Part shown: piece by piece, positions 49,811 to 60,555 of the stretch
How positions within the stretch are numbered: the first letter of the stretch is position 1
Layout of the letters: each line of letters begins with the position of its first letter
DNA from: an uncultured Bacilli bacterium
GTDB taxonomy: Bacteria > Bacillota_I > Bacilli_A > RF39 > UBA660
DNA length: 64,000 bases
Assembly: GCA_949439935.1 (NCBI GenBank)
Contig: CASRZA010000001.1
Location: 1,391-65,390, forward strand
Direction of reading: 5' to 3'
Notes under the pieces: model-generated
What the model was told of the DNA's origin: nothing
Databases searched by the model: none
The model's input: the letters and a program-made list of their open reading frames with translations, nothing else
Made by a program: the position numbers and the translations under genes

Positions 49811-50851
49811 ATGAAAAAAGTTAAGATTTTACTAATCATGCTTACATTGGTAATAATGTGTGGATGTGGTAAAGCCGCGAAGACAAACATAATCGAAAAA
49901 TTCGAACAAAAGATTAACAGCACTAAAAGCTATCAAGCTATAGGAGTTATGGAAATCGTCAGCAACGAAGAAACCTTCAGCTACGATGTGTTTGTCGACT
50001 ACAAATACGACAACTACTACAAGGTCAAATTACTTAATAAAACAAATAGTCATGAACAGATCATATTGAAGGATGGAAATTCGGTCTATGTAGTCACACC
50101 AGCACTCAACAAAAGTTTTAAATTTCAAAGTGAATGGCCAGACAACAGTAGTCAAAGCTATCTCTTAAAGTCGCTTCTAAAAGACATTAAATCGACAGAA
50201 AATCCCGTTGTAGACGAGAATGATGACTACTATATAGTGAATGCGAACGTAAATTATCCGAACAATGGAAAACTCAAAACAGAAAAAATCTATTTTGATA
50301 AAGACGGAAATTTAAAAGAAGTTCAAGTGCTGAACAAAGATGGAAATGCCATAATTCGTATGAAATTTAACTCTATCAAATATTCAGTAAAATTCGACGA
50401 CGACAACTTCAGTTTGGACTCTTTAATTACTGACACCTGTGAAGAAAACTCGACAGATCCAAAATGCAAAGATAAAGATGATAAAGAAACAAGTGCAATA
50501 AAAGATATAATCTATCCACTATACTTGCCAGAAGATACCCATTTATCCACAAAAGATATGGTCGAAACAGACAATGGAGATAGAGCAATCATAACTTATG
50601 CAGGGGCTAAACCTTTTATGATAATAGAAGAATCTGCCAAGGCCAATAAAGAAATGGAAGTTACAAGCGTATATGGAGACCCACTTTTCCTAAGTATGGG
50701 AGTCGCAGCACTAGGTTCAAACTCGTTAGAATGGCAATCTGGAGACGTTTCTTATTACATCACTAGTTCATATTTAACCCAAGAGGAAATGATGACCATA
50801 GCAGAATCCTTAAGTACAGCCTCTGTCGTAGAAATACAAAACGACAAATAA
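49811..50851 (+). CDS. lipoprotein (signal peptide with lipobox LVIMCGC)
   Basis: Lipobox cysteine after the signal peptide. Secreted beta-rich domain. Confidence 0.55.
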   Translation: MKKVKILLIMLTLVIMCGCGKAAKTNIIEKFEQKINSTKSYQAIGVMEIVSNEETFSYDVFVDYKYDNYYKVKLLNKTNSHEQIILKDGNSVYVVTPALNKSFKFQSEWPDNSSQSYLLKSLLKDIKSTENPVVDENDDYYIVNANVNYPNNGKLKTEKIYFDKDGNLKEVQVLNKDGNAIIRMKFNSIKYSVKFDDDNFSLDSLITDTCEENSTDPKCKDKDDKETSAIKDIIYPLYLPEDTHLSTKDMVETDNGDRAIITYAGAKPFMIIEESAKANKEMEVTSVYGDPLFLSMGVAALGSNSLEWQSGDVSYYITSSYLTQEEMMTIAESLSTASVVEIQNDK

Positions 50852-50971
50852 CAAAAATTTACCAGAGATCAAAATCTGGTCTATTTTTTTGTCGAACGAG
50901 CTCATTTTAAGTAGTCTTACATCACAGCATATTTACTTTTGGGAAGTAATAATATATAATGATATTAAGAA

Positions 50972-52570
50972 ATGGAGTCGATAAGTGTGATATTAAAGAA
51001 ACCCTATGCCTTTTTGATCAAGAACTTTAGACTGATTCACTTAGTTCTTACTGTTTTTATAGGATATTTGATATTTAAAACCTATAACCTTTACAGTTTT
51101 TTTAACAGATATGTCGAGAACGTATATGCGACATTAAGCGACGCCATCCCGAGCAATTATATAACCATATTTATGTTTTTAATCTCGATAATAATAACTG
51201 CTTTCTCACTCGCGATGTTCATGCTTATGAAGAAAAAAGATAAGCCTAAAAACTTATATACTGGTTTAAGTGCCTATTACATTTTATACTTCATCGGTAT
51301 GATCTTATACTTCGTGCTGTTCAAATCCATGGAGACTCAACAACTCACAGTGCGAAACGCGATGGTGATAAGAGATTTAACATTCCTCATAATGTTACCT
51401 CAAGTAGTATTGCTGATCCTAAGTGCAATTCGCGCATTTGGCTTCGACATCAGAAAATTTAACTTTTCAAAAGACCTTAAAGAATTAGATATTCACGAAG
51501 AAGACAACGAAGAATTCGAGTTCGTCTTGGGAGTCGATTCATACAAATATTTTAGATATTTGAGAAGAAGAGTGCGAGAATTCAAATACTACATACTAGA
51601 AAACAAATTCATGTTTACGGTTTTAATGAGTTTGACCTGTGCGGTACTATTGATACTGACGATTTTAAATTTCACCGTTTACAACAGAGTATACGGCAAA
51701 AATCAAAAAGTAAGTGCCAACAACATGGACATAAAAGTAATAGACTCCTTTTTGACCAACATGGATTATAAAGGAAACGAAGTATCAGAAGGCAAATACT
51801 TTTTAATAGTCAATATTAACTTTACTAACGAATCTGGTCAATCGACTGTCCTCGAATTACAAAATTATGAATTGCTGACAAAATCCGGAACTGCTTATCC
51901 TACGCCATCTAGAAGTATCCACTTCGTCGATTTTGGTGCAGGATATTCGAAAGAAAAAATTCCAAACGGCAAAAGTGCCAATTACATTTTAGTCTACGAA
52001 ATAGATAAAAAAGACGTTGAAAAAAAATATACTTTGAGAGTGACAGACAGCATTGAGTACAAAGCAGGGACGATGAATTCCAAGTATAAAAAAATAGCGC
52101 TTAAACCGTCGATATATGATAAAATCGAACCCGCTAAGAACTATAAATTAGGTGAAACGATCGAAATGTACGATACGATTTTAAACAATACATCCCTTCT
52201 TATAGATTCTTTCGAATTTAGAAATAAAGTTACCTACAAATATGAAGCCTGTATCAGAACAAACTGTACAGATAAAACAGATGTCGTGACTGCAGAAGTC
52301 GCAAAAGCTAAGACGTTACTTGTACTATACGGTAATCTCAACATTGATAAGACGTCGTCATTCTCTAAAAACTCTAAAACGGCAATGTCTTTCTACGACG
52401 CATTTGTCCAAATAAAGTTTGATAACAAAATAGCCCCAGTCACTGATGTCACGCCTAATTCGATTACAGACAGATATATTTTGTCGGTCGACGAAAATAT
52501 AGCTAAGGCCAAAAGTATAGAACTACAAATTACGGTCCGTAATAAAAGCTACAATTTAAAACTAAAATAA
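50972..52570 (+). CDS. polytopic membrane protein with large extracytoplasmic C-terminal domain
   Basis: Five or six N-terminal TM helices followed by a ~330-aa soluble domain. Confidence 0.5.
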   Translation: MESISVILKKPYAFLIKNFRLIHLVLTVFIGYLIFKTYNLYSFFNRYVENVYATLSDAIPSNYITIFMFLISIIITAFSLAMFMLMKKKDKPKNLYTGLSAYYILYFIGMILYFVLFKSMETQQLTVRNAMVIRDLTFLIMLPQVVLLILSAIRAFGFDIRKFNFSKDLKELDIHEEDNEEFEFVLGVDSYKYFRYLRRRVREFKYYILENKFMFTVLMSLTCAVLLILTILNFTVYNRVYGKNQKVSANNMDIKVIDSFLTNMDYKGNEVSEGKYFLIVNINFTNESGQSTVLELQNYELLTKSGTAYPTPSRSIHFVDFGAGYSKEKIPNGKSANYILVYEIDKKDVEKKYTLRVTDSIEYKAGTMNSKYKKIALKPSIYDKIEPAKNYKLGETIEMYDTILNNTSLLIDSFEFRNKVTYKYEACIRTNCTDKTDVVTAEVAKAKTLLVLYGNLNIDKTSSFSKNSKTAMSFYDAFVQIKFDNKIAPVTDVTPNSITDRYILSVDENIAKAKSIELQITVRNKSYNLKLK

Positions 52571-52598
52571 GATTTCCACCAAAGAAATCTTATTTTTT

Positions 52599-52988
52599 TT
52601 AATTATTTTTTAATTCGCTTGGTCTATAAACTATTTTCTCATTAAATTCCACATAATCCAAATAAATCATGGGAACTAAAATCCATTTCCCGTCATCTAA
52701 ACTCATGACTAAATGATCCCTACCAGCTTGTTCGATTATTCCATCGAATATTTTATCCTTCCAATTCACAGAATCTGGAAAGGAGATATACGTCTTCGCG
52801 CGTCTACCCTTATTTAAACGCAAAATGTTTTCGATATAACTTTGCTCCATCGGCAAATTAGGTAGACTATCAGGCATTGACACATTAGGTTGCTCGATGG
52901 TTGACGTATAGTTATTCATCTCTGGAACACTCCCTTCAGCCCCTGGAAATGTGGGGTTTTTGTAATATGTACCATTCATTTCATTCAC
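52599..52988 (-). CDS. gerQ: spore coat protein GerQ-like
   Basis: C-terminal block RAKTYISFPDSVNWKDKIFDGIIEQAGRDHLVMSLDDGKWILVPMIYLDYVEF closely matches the conserved GerQ/YwdL domain. Confidence 0.6.
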   Translation of the reverse strand: MNEMNGTYYKNPTFPGAEGSVPEMNNYTSTIEQPNVSMPDSLPNLPMEQSYIENILRLNKGRRAKTYISFPDSVNWKDKIFDGIIEQAGRDHLVMSLDDGKWILVPMIYLDYVEFNEKIVYRPSELKNN

Positions 52989-53077
52989 CTCTTTTAAATA
53001 ATATTCACATTCTCAACAAAATAAGACTTATTTTTCACGACGCATTTAATAAAATATAACAGTAAGGAGAAAAAACA

Positions 53078-55204
53078 ATGAAAAACAATTTTAATTTAGA
53101 AGTCAAAAAGATACTTAAAGAAGCAGAGAACGAAATGTTCGAACTTCACCATCCCTATGTTGGAAGTGAACATATGCTCTTAGGTATACTAAAAATAAGT
53201 AAGAACTTAAAAGAATTATTAAAAACCTACGATCTGACCTACGATATCTTTAAACGAGAATTAATAAATGTCGTGGGTACATCTCGCAAAAAAAGTGAAC
53301 TAGCATTATACACCCCTTTATTAAAAAGGATAATATCCGATGCCTTAGAAGAAGCCAACGAATCGGGAGATAAAACCGTAACGGCAGAACATCTGCTTAT
53401 CGGTATGCTTGAAGAAGGAGAAGGCGTCGGTATAAGGATTCTTCTCAACATGGACATAAACTTAGAAGGCATCTACAGCGATATAGTCAAAAATAATAAT
53501 CAAACTAAAAAGAGAAAGAACACACTTTTATATGAGATCGGGAAACCTATCACTGCCAAATCCGATGAGCACATATATAAAAGAGAAGAAGAACTCGGCA
53601 ATCTCATCGAAGTTTTACTACGAAAAAACAAGAACAATCCGCTTCTCTTGGGAGAAGCTGGCGTAGGAAAAACAGCAATCGTCGAAGAGCTTGCTCGATT
53701 GATAGAAACAGAACAAGTACCAGATGCTTTAACCGGCTACAAAATCATCGAGATGGACACGGGTAGTTTGATATCTGGAACGCGCTACAGAGGGGAATTC
53801 GAAGATCGTCTAAACAAAATAATCAAAGAAACGATACTAGATAGAAAAACGATACTCTTCATCGATGAAATACATACACTCGTCAATTGTGGTGGAGCCG
53901 AGGGCGCAGTCGATGCAGCCAATATCCTAAAACCATACCTTGCAAGAGGTGAACTCAAGATAATAGGAGCAACTACTCTCAAAGAATACAAAGCGACGAT
54001 CTACAAAGATAAAGCACTGGATAGAAGATTCCAAATTATAAATGTCGAAGAACCATCGCTTAAAGATACAGAATACATCTTAAAGAATATCCGCTCCAAT
54101 TACGAAAAGCACCATAATGTCATCGTTTCAGAGGAAAACATCAAAGATATAGTTAAATACGCCGACAAATACATTTTCAATAGATTCAATCCAGATAAAT
54201 CGATCGATATTCTCGACTCAGTATGTGCCCACGTTCAAATGACTAGGCCTAATAAGACGAACTGTTTATCAGAACTGCATAAAAAGAAAGAGAAGTTTTT
54301 ATCGAATAAAAAATATAAAGAAGCCCTAGAGACCGAATTAAAAATAAAAGATCTCGAAGGAAACTCAAAAAAGATCCAAATTACTTCAAAAGATATCTTA
54401 AAGATCGTCGAATATCGTGCTAATATGCCGGTTTTAGACACTTTTAACGATAACATAATCAAATTGCCCGATATCTTAAAAAAGCACATCTATGGACAAG
54501 ATAATGCCATAAAAGAAGTGTGCGATGCGCTTAAAGAAAAGTACTTAATAGATAATTCTATGCCTCTTTCTATAATGCTATGTGGTCCAAAGGGCTGTGG
54601 CAAGACGATCCTCGCTAAAGAGATCGCAACTCATCTGTTCGGAACAAAACAATTTCTACGTCTAGATATGAGTGAACTGTCGGGAGACGGAGCGATGAAC
54701 AAACTCTTAGGAACTGCCCAAGGATATGTCGGCTATGAAGACGAAGCACTTCTATCGAAGATAAAAGATTACCCGTATTCAGTAATTCTGTTAGATGAAG
54801 TCGAAAAAGCCTCCAAAAAAGTTCAAAAGCTCTTTGCCGAAATATTAGAAAACGGAAACATAAGAAACTCTAAAGGCGAAATGCTCCATTTCGAAAACTC
54901 TACCATAATAATGACTTCGAATGCCGAAGTGACGTCGTCGATAGGCTTTTCAAATGAGTCCAAGATGGACACTGAAGTTTTATCTAGAGACTTCCAAGAT
55001 CGCATCGCTAAGATGGTAAAGCTGGAAAAAATAGAAGTCGACGCAGCTAGAAAATATATTAAAAGAGAATCGGCGAATATCACTTTATCAAAATCAGATA
55101 TTGCTGAAATTATAGAGAGAGCAAAAATTGACACAGAAGGTCTCCGCGGTGTCCAAAAGGAATTAAATAAGTACAAAATAAATAAACTTTTAACAAAAGT
55201 ATAG
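53078..55204 (+). CDS. clpC: Clp-family AAA+ ATPase (ClpC-like), two Clp_N repeats and two AAA modules
   Basis: Clp_N repeats (HPYVGSEHMLLGIL and VTAEHLLIGMLEE), AAA-1 Walker A GEAGVGKTA, AAA-2 GPKGCGKT. At 708 aa it is shorter than canonical ClpC. Confidence 0.7.
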   Translation: MKNNFNLEVKKILKEAENEMFELHHPYVGSEHMLLGILKISKNLKELLKTYDLTYDIFKRELINVVGTSRKKSELALYTPLLKRIISDALEEANESGDKTVTAEHLLIGMLEEGEGVGIRILLNMDINLEGIYSDIVKNNNQTKKRKNTLLYEIGKPITAKSDEHIYKREEELGNLIEVLLRKNKNNPLLLGEAGVGKTAIVEELARLIETEQVPDALTGYKIIEMDTGSLISGTRYRGEFEDRLNKIIKETILDRKTILFIDEIHTLVNCGGAEGAVDAANILKPYLARGELKIIGATTLKEYKATIYKDKALDRRFQIINVEEPSLKDTEYILKNIRSNYEKHHNVIVSEENIKDIVKYADKYIFNRFNPDKSIDILDSVCAHVQMTRPNKTNCLSELHKKKEKFLSNKKYKEALETELKIKDLEGNSKKIQITSKDILKIVEYRANMPVLDTFNDNIIKLPDILKKHIYGQDNAIKEVCDALKEKYLIDNSMPLSIMLCGPKGCGKTILAKEIATHLFGTKQFLRLDMSELSGDGAMNKLLGTAQGYVGYEDEALLSKIKDYPYSVILLDEVEKASKKVQKLFAEILENGNIRNSKGEMLHFENSTIIMTSNAEVTSSIGFSNESKMDTEVLSRDFQDRIAKMVKLEKIEVDAARKYIKRESANITLSKSDIAEIIERAKIDTEGLRGVQKELNKYKINKLLTKV

Positions 55205-55247
55205 TAAAAAGCTACCGATTTATGGTAAACTTTAAGTACAAAAGGAA

Positions 55248-56660
55248 GTGAATGATATGGAGTTATACAACACTTTAACTCATAAAATAGAGGAATTCAT
55301 TCCTCATACCCCCGAAGTAGTAAAAATGTATACTTGTGGTCCCACTGTTTATCACTATGCCCACATAGGAAACCTAAGGACATACATCTCGGAAGATGTA
55401 TTAGAAAAAGCTTTAAAATACATGGGATACTACGTCCAAAGAGCGATGAATATCACCGATGTAGGACATCTGACAAGCGACTCAGACTCTGGAACTGACA
55501 AAATGGTAGACAGTGCACAAAAAGAACAAAAAACCGTTTTAGAGATCGCCAAATTTTACACGGATGCCTTCTTTGACGATTGTAAAGCTCTCAATATCAG
55601 AAAACCTGATGTCATTTCGAAGGCTACTGAAAATATCGATTTCTATATCGAAATCATTCTAACTCTTTTACAAAAAGGATATGCATACGAATCTAATGGT
55701 AACATATACTTCGACATCACAAAGCTCGAAGACTATTATAAACTAACCAACCACAAAGCGGATGAGATGGTCGTAGGAGTTCGTGAAGGAGTAGAAGAAG
55801 ACACGGGAAAAAGAAATCAAGCAGACTTCGTCCTATGGTTCACGAAGAGTAAATTCGAAGATCAAGAATTAAAGTGGAATAGTCCCTTTGGAGTCGGTTA
55901 TCCAGGTTGGCATATCGAATGTACAGGTATAAGCATCAAAAACTTAGGTGAGTTTCTAGACATTCATTGTGGAGGAATAGACAACATTTTTCCACATCAC
56001 ACGAACGAAATAGCTCAATCTGAAAGCTACTTAGGACATAAATGGTGTAATTACTGGTTTCATGCTCAACATTTGAACGTCAAAGATGCCAAAATGAGTA
56101 AGAGCCAAGGAAACATAATCACAGTCTCAACTTTAAAAGAAGAAGGCTTCAACCCTCTGTCGTACCGTTATATGTGTCTAAACAGTCATTACAGAAAGAT
56201 TCTAGAATTTACGTTCGATTCCCTAAAGTCTAGCGAAACGGCGTACTTAAAACTTCTAAATCGCATTTCTATGATAAAAGAAGAAGGAGACTTTCAAGAT
56301 TCAGCGTTCAACGATTATAACGAAAAGTTCATGACAGCTTTAAAAGACGATCTGAACACTGCAAACGCTTTGACTGTTCTTTACGATCTACTTAAAGACG
56401 AAACCATAAACGGATATACCAAGTTAAAACTCATTAGAAGTTTTGACAAAGTTCTAGGATTAGATTTGATAAGTAAATTTGCAGGAGAACTTCATCCTCA
56501 ACACGACGAAATCATGGCTCTGATCGAAAAACGTGCAGAATTTAAAGAAGAACACAAGTTCACAGAAGCGGACGGAATAAGAAATGAGCTCGCGGCTCGT
56601 GGCATAGAACTCGTCGATACGAGAGAAGGAACTATATATAACCTCAAAGAAGTAGACTGA
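55248..56660 (+). CDS. cysS: cysteine--tRNA ligase
   Basis: HIGH-type motif HIGNLRTY and KMSKS motif (KMSKSQGN). Size ~470 aa. Confidence 0.9.
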   Translation: MNDMELYNTLTHKIEEFIPHTPEVVKMYTCGPTVYHYAHIGNLRTYISEDVLEKALKYMGYYVQRAMNITDVGHLTSDSDSGTDKMVDSAQKEQKTVLEIAKFYTDAFFDDCKALNIRKPDVISKATENIDFYIEIILTLLQKGYAYESNGNIYFDITKLEDYYKLTNHKADEMVVGVREGVEEDTGKRNQADFVLWFTKSKFEDQELKWNSPFGVGYPGWHIECTGISIKNLGEFLDIHCGGIDNIFPHHTNEIAQSESYLGHKWCNYWFHAQHLNVKDAKMSKSQGNIITVSTLKEEGFNPLSYRYMCLNSHYRKILEFTFDSLKSSETAYLKLLNRISMIKEEGDFQDSAFNDYNEKFMTALKDDLNTANALTVLYDLLKDETINGYTKLKLIRSFDKVLGLDLISKFAGELHPQHDEIMALIEKRAEFKEEHKFTEADGIRNELAARGIELVDTREGTIYNLKEVD

Positions 56661-56692
56661 TGAGCTGCTTCTTTTTTTAAGGAGAAAAACGA

Positions 56693-57205
56693 ATGAATAA
56701 AAAAAGAATAATCCTTAGTACCTTAGCTATCCTTTTATTAAGCACACTATTCCACAGTGTATACGACTGGTTTCCAAATGGATTAACAGCCTTATTTTTC
56801 CCAGTCAATGAGTCCATTTGGGAACATAACAAAATGATACTTCTATCATACTTTGTCTTAGCCTTAGTCGATAAACAGTTTCTCTACAGAGATAAAAATG
56901 TCATATGTACCAGTTTTCTCGAAGCAATCATCTGCATCACACTTTTAGACGTAATTTTTACGCCGATATATCTTTATATTTTAAAAACAAAAGACAACAT
57001 CCTTTTGACGATCACAATCTTTGCCATATCTTCGTTAATAAGTTTCATTGTTGGAGAACGTTTACTAAAAAACACACAGAAACACGAAATGCCGGCTTAT
57101 TTAGGATTCGCCTTACTATCAGCAATATTCATATTGACAACCTACTATCCTCCTCATTTGCCGATTTTTTACGATTACAGTGAAAAGCACTATGGAATAT
57201 CATAA
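56693..57205 (+). CDS. membrane protein
   Basis: 170 aa with four hydrophobic helices. Confidence 0.45.
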   Translation: MNKKRIILSTLAILLLSTLFHSVYDWFPNGLTALFFPVNESIWEHNKMILLSYFVLALVDKQFLYRDKNVICTSFLEAIICITLLDVIFTPIYLYILKTKDNILLTITIFAISSLISFIVGERLLKNTQKHEMPAYLGFALLSAIFILTTYYPPHLPIFYDYSEKHYGIS

Positions 57206-57427
57206 ACTTTTTAAAATATAAGTGCACAAAAATTTCTTCTATGGTAAAATTACAATAGAAGGAACGATTTTTATCTAATTCAACAATGTTGATAATAGAC
57301 ATTTTAATACTTATTTCAATAAGATTCGACAAAAATACAGTCACAAAAAGATTTTTAACAGCTGTACTTCTCGGCTCAACAGTTTTTTCTATTGTGCTTT
57401 TTTACAACGTTTGGCATGATCTAAATC

Positions 57428-57751
57428 ATGAGAATCATTCTTTGTTTCTTTAGTCCTATCTGCTTATTACCTATTATAATTTATAAAGTCGCATATTTTT
57501 TCAAACATAAGAAACTTGAGGGACAAACAACAGAAGAAAAAAAGTTTAGTGAACAACCTACACATAATGACTCTAAGCCCAAAGAATTTAAAACACACGA
57601 TATGGAAATTAATGAAAGTATAATGAAAGTGAAAGAAGCTCCAAGAATCGAAGAAAAACCGAAAACTCCATGTCCAAACTGTGGAACAGGTAACGGATTA
57701 AATGCAAAACGCTGCTTCAACTGTGGTACAGCACTCGAAAATAAAGAATAA
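57428..57751 (+). CDS. zinc-ribbon protein (CPNCG...CFNCG)
   Basis: C-terminal CxxC...CxxC zinc ribbon. The true start may be the internal ATG. Confidence 0.4.
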   Translation: MRIILCFFSPICLLPIIIYKVAYFFKHKKLEGQTTEEKKFSEQPTHNDSKPKEFKTHDMEINESIMKVKEAPRIEEKPKTPCPNCGTGNGLNAKRCFNCGTALENKE

Positions 57752-57850
57752 AGATACCAAAAAACCTTTTCTATATCAAAAAAACTTGATATTTTGTGCC
57801 TTTTGTATTATTATCTACTAGGTACGAAGTACGAAGAAAGTTGGATAAGT

Positions 57851-59653
57851 ATGGACAAAATTATAAATATAGCAGTAGTTGCCCACGTCGATGCTGGAAA
57901 AAGCACTCTTGTAGATGCATTATTAAATCAAAATGGCGTCTTTAGAGAAAACGAAGCAGTGGTCGACTGTGTAATGGATTCGAACGACATCGAAAGAGAA
58001 AGAGGAATAACGATTTACTCTAAAAACTGTTCGATAAAATATAAAGATTATAAAATTAATATCGTAGATACCCCTGGACACGCCGATTTTTCGAGCGAAG
58101 TAGAACGTGTCATAAGGACTGTCGACACAGTAGTTTTAATCGTCGATGCCGCTGAGGGACCTATGCCACAAACTAGATTTGTCTTGAAGAAGGCTCTCGA
58201 ACAAAACTTAAAACCTATACTCTTCATAAATAAAATCGATAAAAAAGATGCTAGACCAGAAGCCGTTGTCGACATGGTTTTCGATTTATTCTGCGAACTT
58301 AACGCGACAGACGAACAACTTGAGTTCCCTATAGTTTATGGAACAGCCAGAGATGGAATAGCTAAACTAGCATTAGAAGACGAATCAGATTCTATCGCAC
58401 CACTTTTAGAAACCGTGCTAAAACAGTGCGACCCATATAAAGGTGACGAGAAAGATCCGCTTCAATTGCAGATTTCAAATCTCGACTATGACGACTATAT
58501 CGGAAGACTCGGAGTAGGAAGAATAACAAAAGGTAAAATCAAAAATGGAGAAACCGTAACGCTCGTCAAAAACGACGGAGAAGTCACAACTTTTAGAATC
58601 TCGAAGCTCTTCGTTGAAGAAGGTATAAGGAGAGTAGAGAAGCCAGAAGCCTTCTTTGGAGACATCGTTACGATCGCTGGCTGTGCCCATATATCTATTG
58701 GAGACACAGTATGTTCAAATGGAACAGTAGATCCTTTACCGCCGATCGAAATCGAAAGACCTACGTTATCGATGAATTTCCTAGTAAACTCTGGTCCATT
58801 CGCAGGACAAAGTGGTAAATTCTTGACGACGCGTCACATAAGAGAACGTTTAACTCGCGAACTCGAAACGAACGTCGGACTTGAAGTAGAAGAAATGACT
58901 GGTTCAGATGGTTTCAAAGTAAGTGGTCGCGGAGAATTGCATCTATCGATCTTACTAGAAAACATGCGTAGAGAAGGCTATGAGCTATGCGTCAGCAAAC
59001 CACAGGTCCTATTTGAAGAGAAGGATGGACAAAAATGTGAACCGTTTGAGACTGTTATAGTCAACTGTCCGAACGATTACGCAAGTACGATCATAAGCGA
59101 TTTGCAAGAAAGAAAAGGATTGCTACTTCTCATGAACAGCGACTCTGAAAATTTTACGCACATGGAATTTTCAGCGCCTACGAGAGGTTTAATCGGATAT
59201 AGAAGTGCCTTTATCACAAATACGAAAGGCGAAGGAACGATGATTAGAAGTTTCGACGAATACAAGCCTTATGCAGGAGCACTTACAACACGTAAAAACG
59301 GCGTATTGGTAAGTATGGAAACAGGAAAAACACTGGGATACTCTCTATTCAACTTACAAGAAAGAGGAACGCTTATAGTAGGTCCCCAAACAGATGTCTA
59401 TATAGGTATGGTCGTCGGTATCCACAACAGAGATAACGATTTAAATGTTAACCCATGTAAAAATAAAGAGATGTCTAACACGAGAAGTAAATCTGCTGAT
59501 GAAGCGATAAACCTTGTTACTCCTAGAACGTTTACCCTCGAAGAAGCCCTAGAATTCATCGAAGACGACGAATTTGTAGAAGTAACTCCAGACGCTATAA
59601 GAATAAGAAAGTCTGTTTTAGATCCAAAAGACAGATATAGAATGACAAAATAG
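57851..59653 (+). CDS. typA: translational GTPase TypA/BipA
   Basis: G1 AHVDAGKST, G3 DTPGHADF, G4 NKID. Overall EF-G-like layout of ~600 aa. The likely start is MDKIINIAVV at 57851. Confidence 0.85.
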   Translation: MDKIINIAVVAHVDAGKSTLVDALLNQNGVFRENEAVVDCVMDSNDIERERGITIYSKNCSIKYKDYKINIVDTPGHADFSSEVERVIRTVDTVVLIVDAAEGPMPQTRFVLKKALEQNLKPILFINKIDKKDARPEAVVDMVFDLFCELNATDEQLEFPIVYGTARDGIAKLALEDESDSIAPLLETVLKQCDPYKGDEKDPLQLQISNLDYDDYIGRLGVGRITKGKIKNGETVTLVKNDGEVTTFRISKLFVEEGIRRVEKPEAFFGDIVTIAGCAHISIGDTVCSNGTVDPLPPIEIERPTLSMNFLVNSGPFAGQSGKFLTTRHIRERLTRELETNVGLEVEEMTGSDGFKVSGRGELHLSILLENMRREGYELCVSKPQVLFEEKDGQKCEPFETVIVNCPNDYASTIISDLQERKGLLLLMNSDSENFTHMEFSAPTRGLIGYRSAFITNTKGEGTMIRSFDEYKPYAGALTTRKNGVLVSMETGKTLGYSLFNLQERGTLIVGPQTDVYIGMVVGIHNRDNDLNVNPCKNKEMSNTRSKSADEAINLVTPRTFTLEEALEFIEDDEFVEVTPDAIRIRKSVLDPKDRYRMTK

Positions 59654-59722
59654 GAAATAAAATACACAATTTCCTTTTTTCGTGGTATAATAAAAATATG
59701 AACATAGAAAGGAACCATAATT

Positions 59723-60184
59723 ATGACAGGATATGGAAATTATTTAAGCCAAGTAGGAAAAGACGCAGCTGACCTCAGAGAACAACAGATTGCCGAAGTA
59801 AAAGAATACCTACAACAAAATCCGAACGATTTAGAAGCCATCGCTCAGGAATGTGCCGAGAGTCCAGAATATTTGAGTATACTAATAAATATGGAGAATA
59901 TACCAGTTACGAAAGTAATAGCGATACATAATGCGATGCAAACCGTCAAAAAGAGAAAATCTCAGACGCAGATAAGTCCAGAGAAATTGCAGGAAATTAT
60001 AGAATTTATCAAACCTAATACAACAGTTATTTTCGACTTGGCAGAATTGAGCGGAATTTCAGCAGTGGAGATCGCCAACATATTCCAAAATAAAAGTGGC
60101 GAAGCTCAAAGTGTCACGTGTCTTTATAATGCTATACAACAGATTAGAGACATGAAAGCAACGCCTAATGGCAAACAACTATAA
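59723..60184 (+). CDS. hypothetical protein (paralogue of the next gene)
   Basis: Shares the block IEFIKPNTTVIFDLAELSGIS with the downstream ORF (KEFIKPNPTAIFDLASISGLT). Confidence 0.45.
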   Translation: MTGYGNYLSQVGKDAADLREQQIAEVKEYLQQNPNDLEAIAQECAESPEYLSILINMENIPVTKVIAIHNAMQTVKKRKSQTQISPEKLQEIIEFIKPNTTVIFDLAELSGISAVEIANIFQNKSGEAQSVTCLYNAIQQIRDMKATPNGKQL

Positions 60185-60270
60185 AAAATATTTTTCCTCA
60201 CCAGGAGGAAAAATATTTTTTATAATACTAAATTTTTAGAGCATACTATTGATGAAAGGAAGAATTACCT

Positions 60271-60537
60271 ATGACAGAACAAAACGATAAAAACGCAAAA
60301 AGCATGCAAGAGACACAGATAGAAGAACTTAAAGAATTCATAAAACCTAATCCAACAGCTATCTTCGATTTAGCAAGCATAAGTGGTTTAACGCCAGAAC
60401 AAGTTGAAAAAGCCATAAATCAGGGCGAAAAAAAAGAAGAAGTTCCACCAGTAATGATCGAGTTTCTTCACTTCGCCATGCAAGACATGTTGGCTGAAAA
60501 AGCAGCCGAAATAGTCATGCGAAACAATATGATGTAG
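60271..60537 (+). CDS. hypothetical protein (paralogue of the previous gene)
   Basis: See the previous entry. Preceded by a GGAGGA RBS. Confidence 0.45.
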   Translation: MTEQNDKNAKSMQETQIEELKEFIKPNPTAIFDLASISGLTPEQVEKAINQGEKKEEVPPVMIEFLHFAMQDMLAEKAAEIVMRNNMM

Positions 60538-60555
60538 ACTTTAAGTCTATTTTTT

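Noticed and set aside
56905-57344. ORFs 56905-57183 (+) and 57129-57344 (-) overlapping the 170-aa membrane-protein gene
   Set aside because: They are alternate-frame or antisense overlaps. The 56693-57205 ORF has the RBS and a coherent TM topology.
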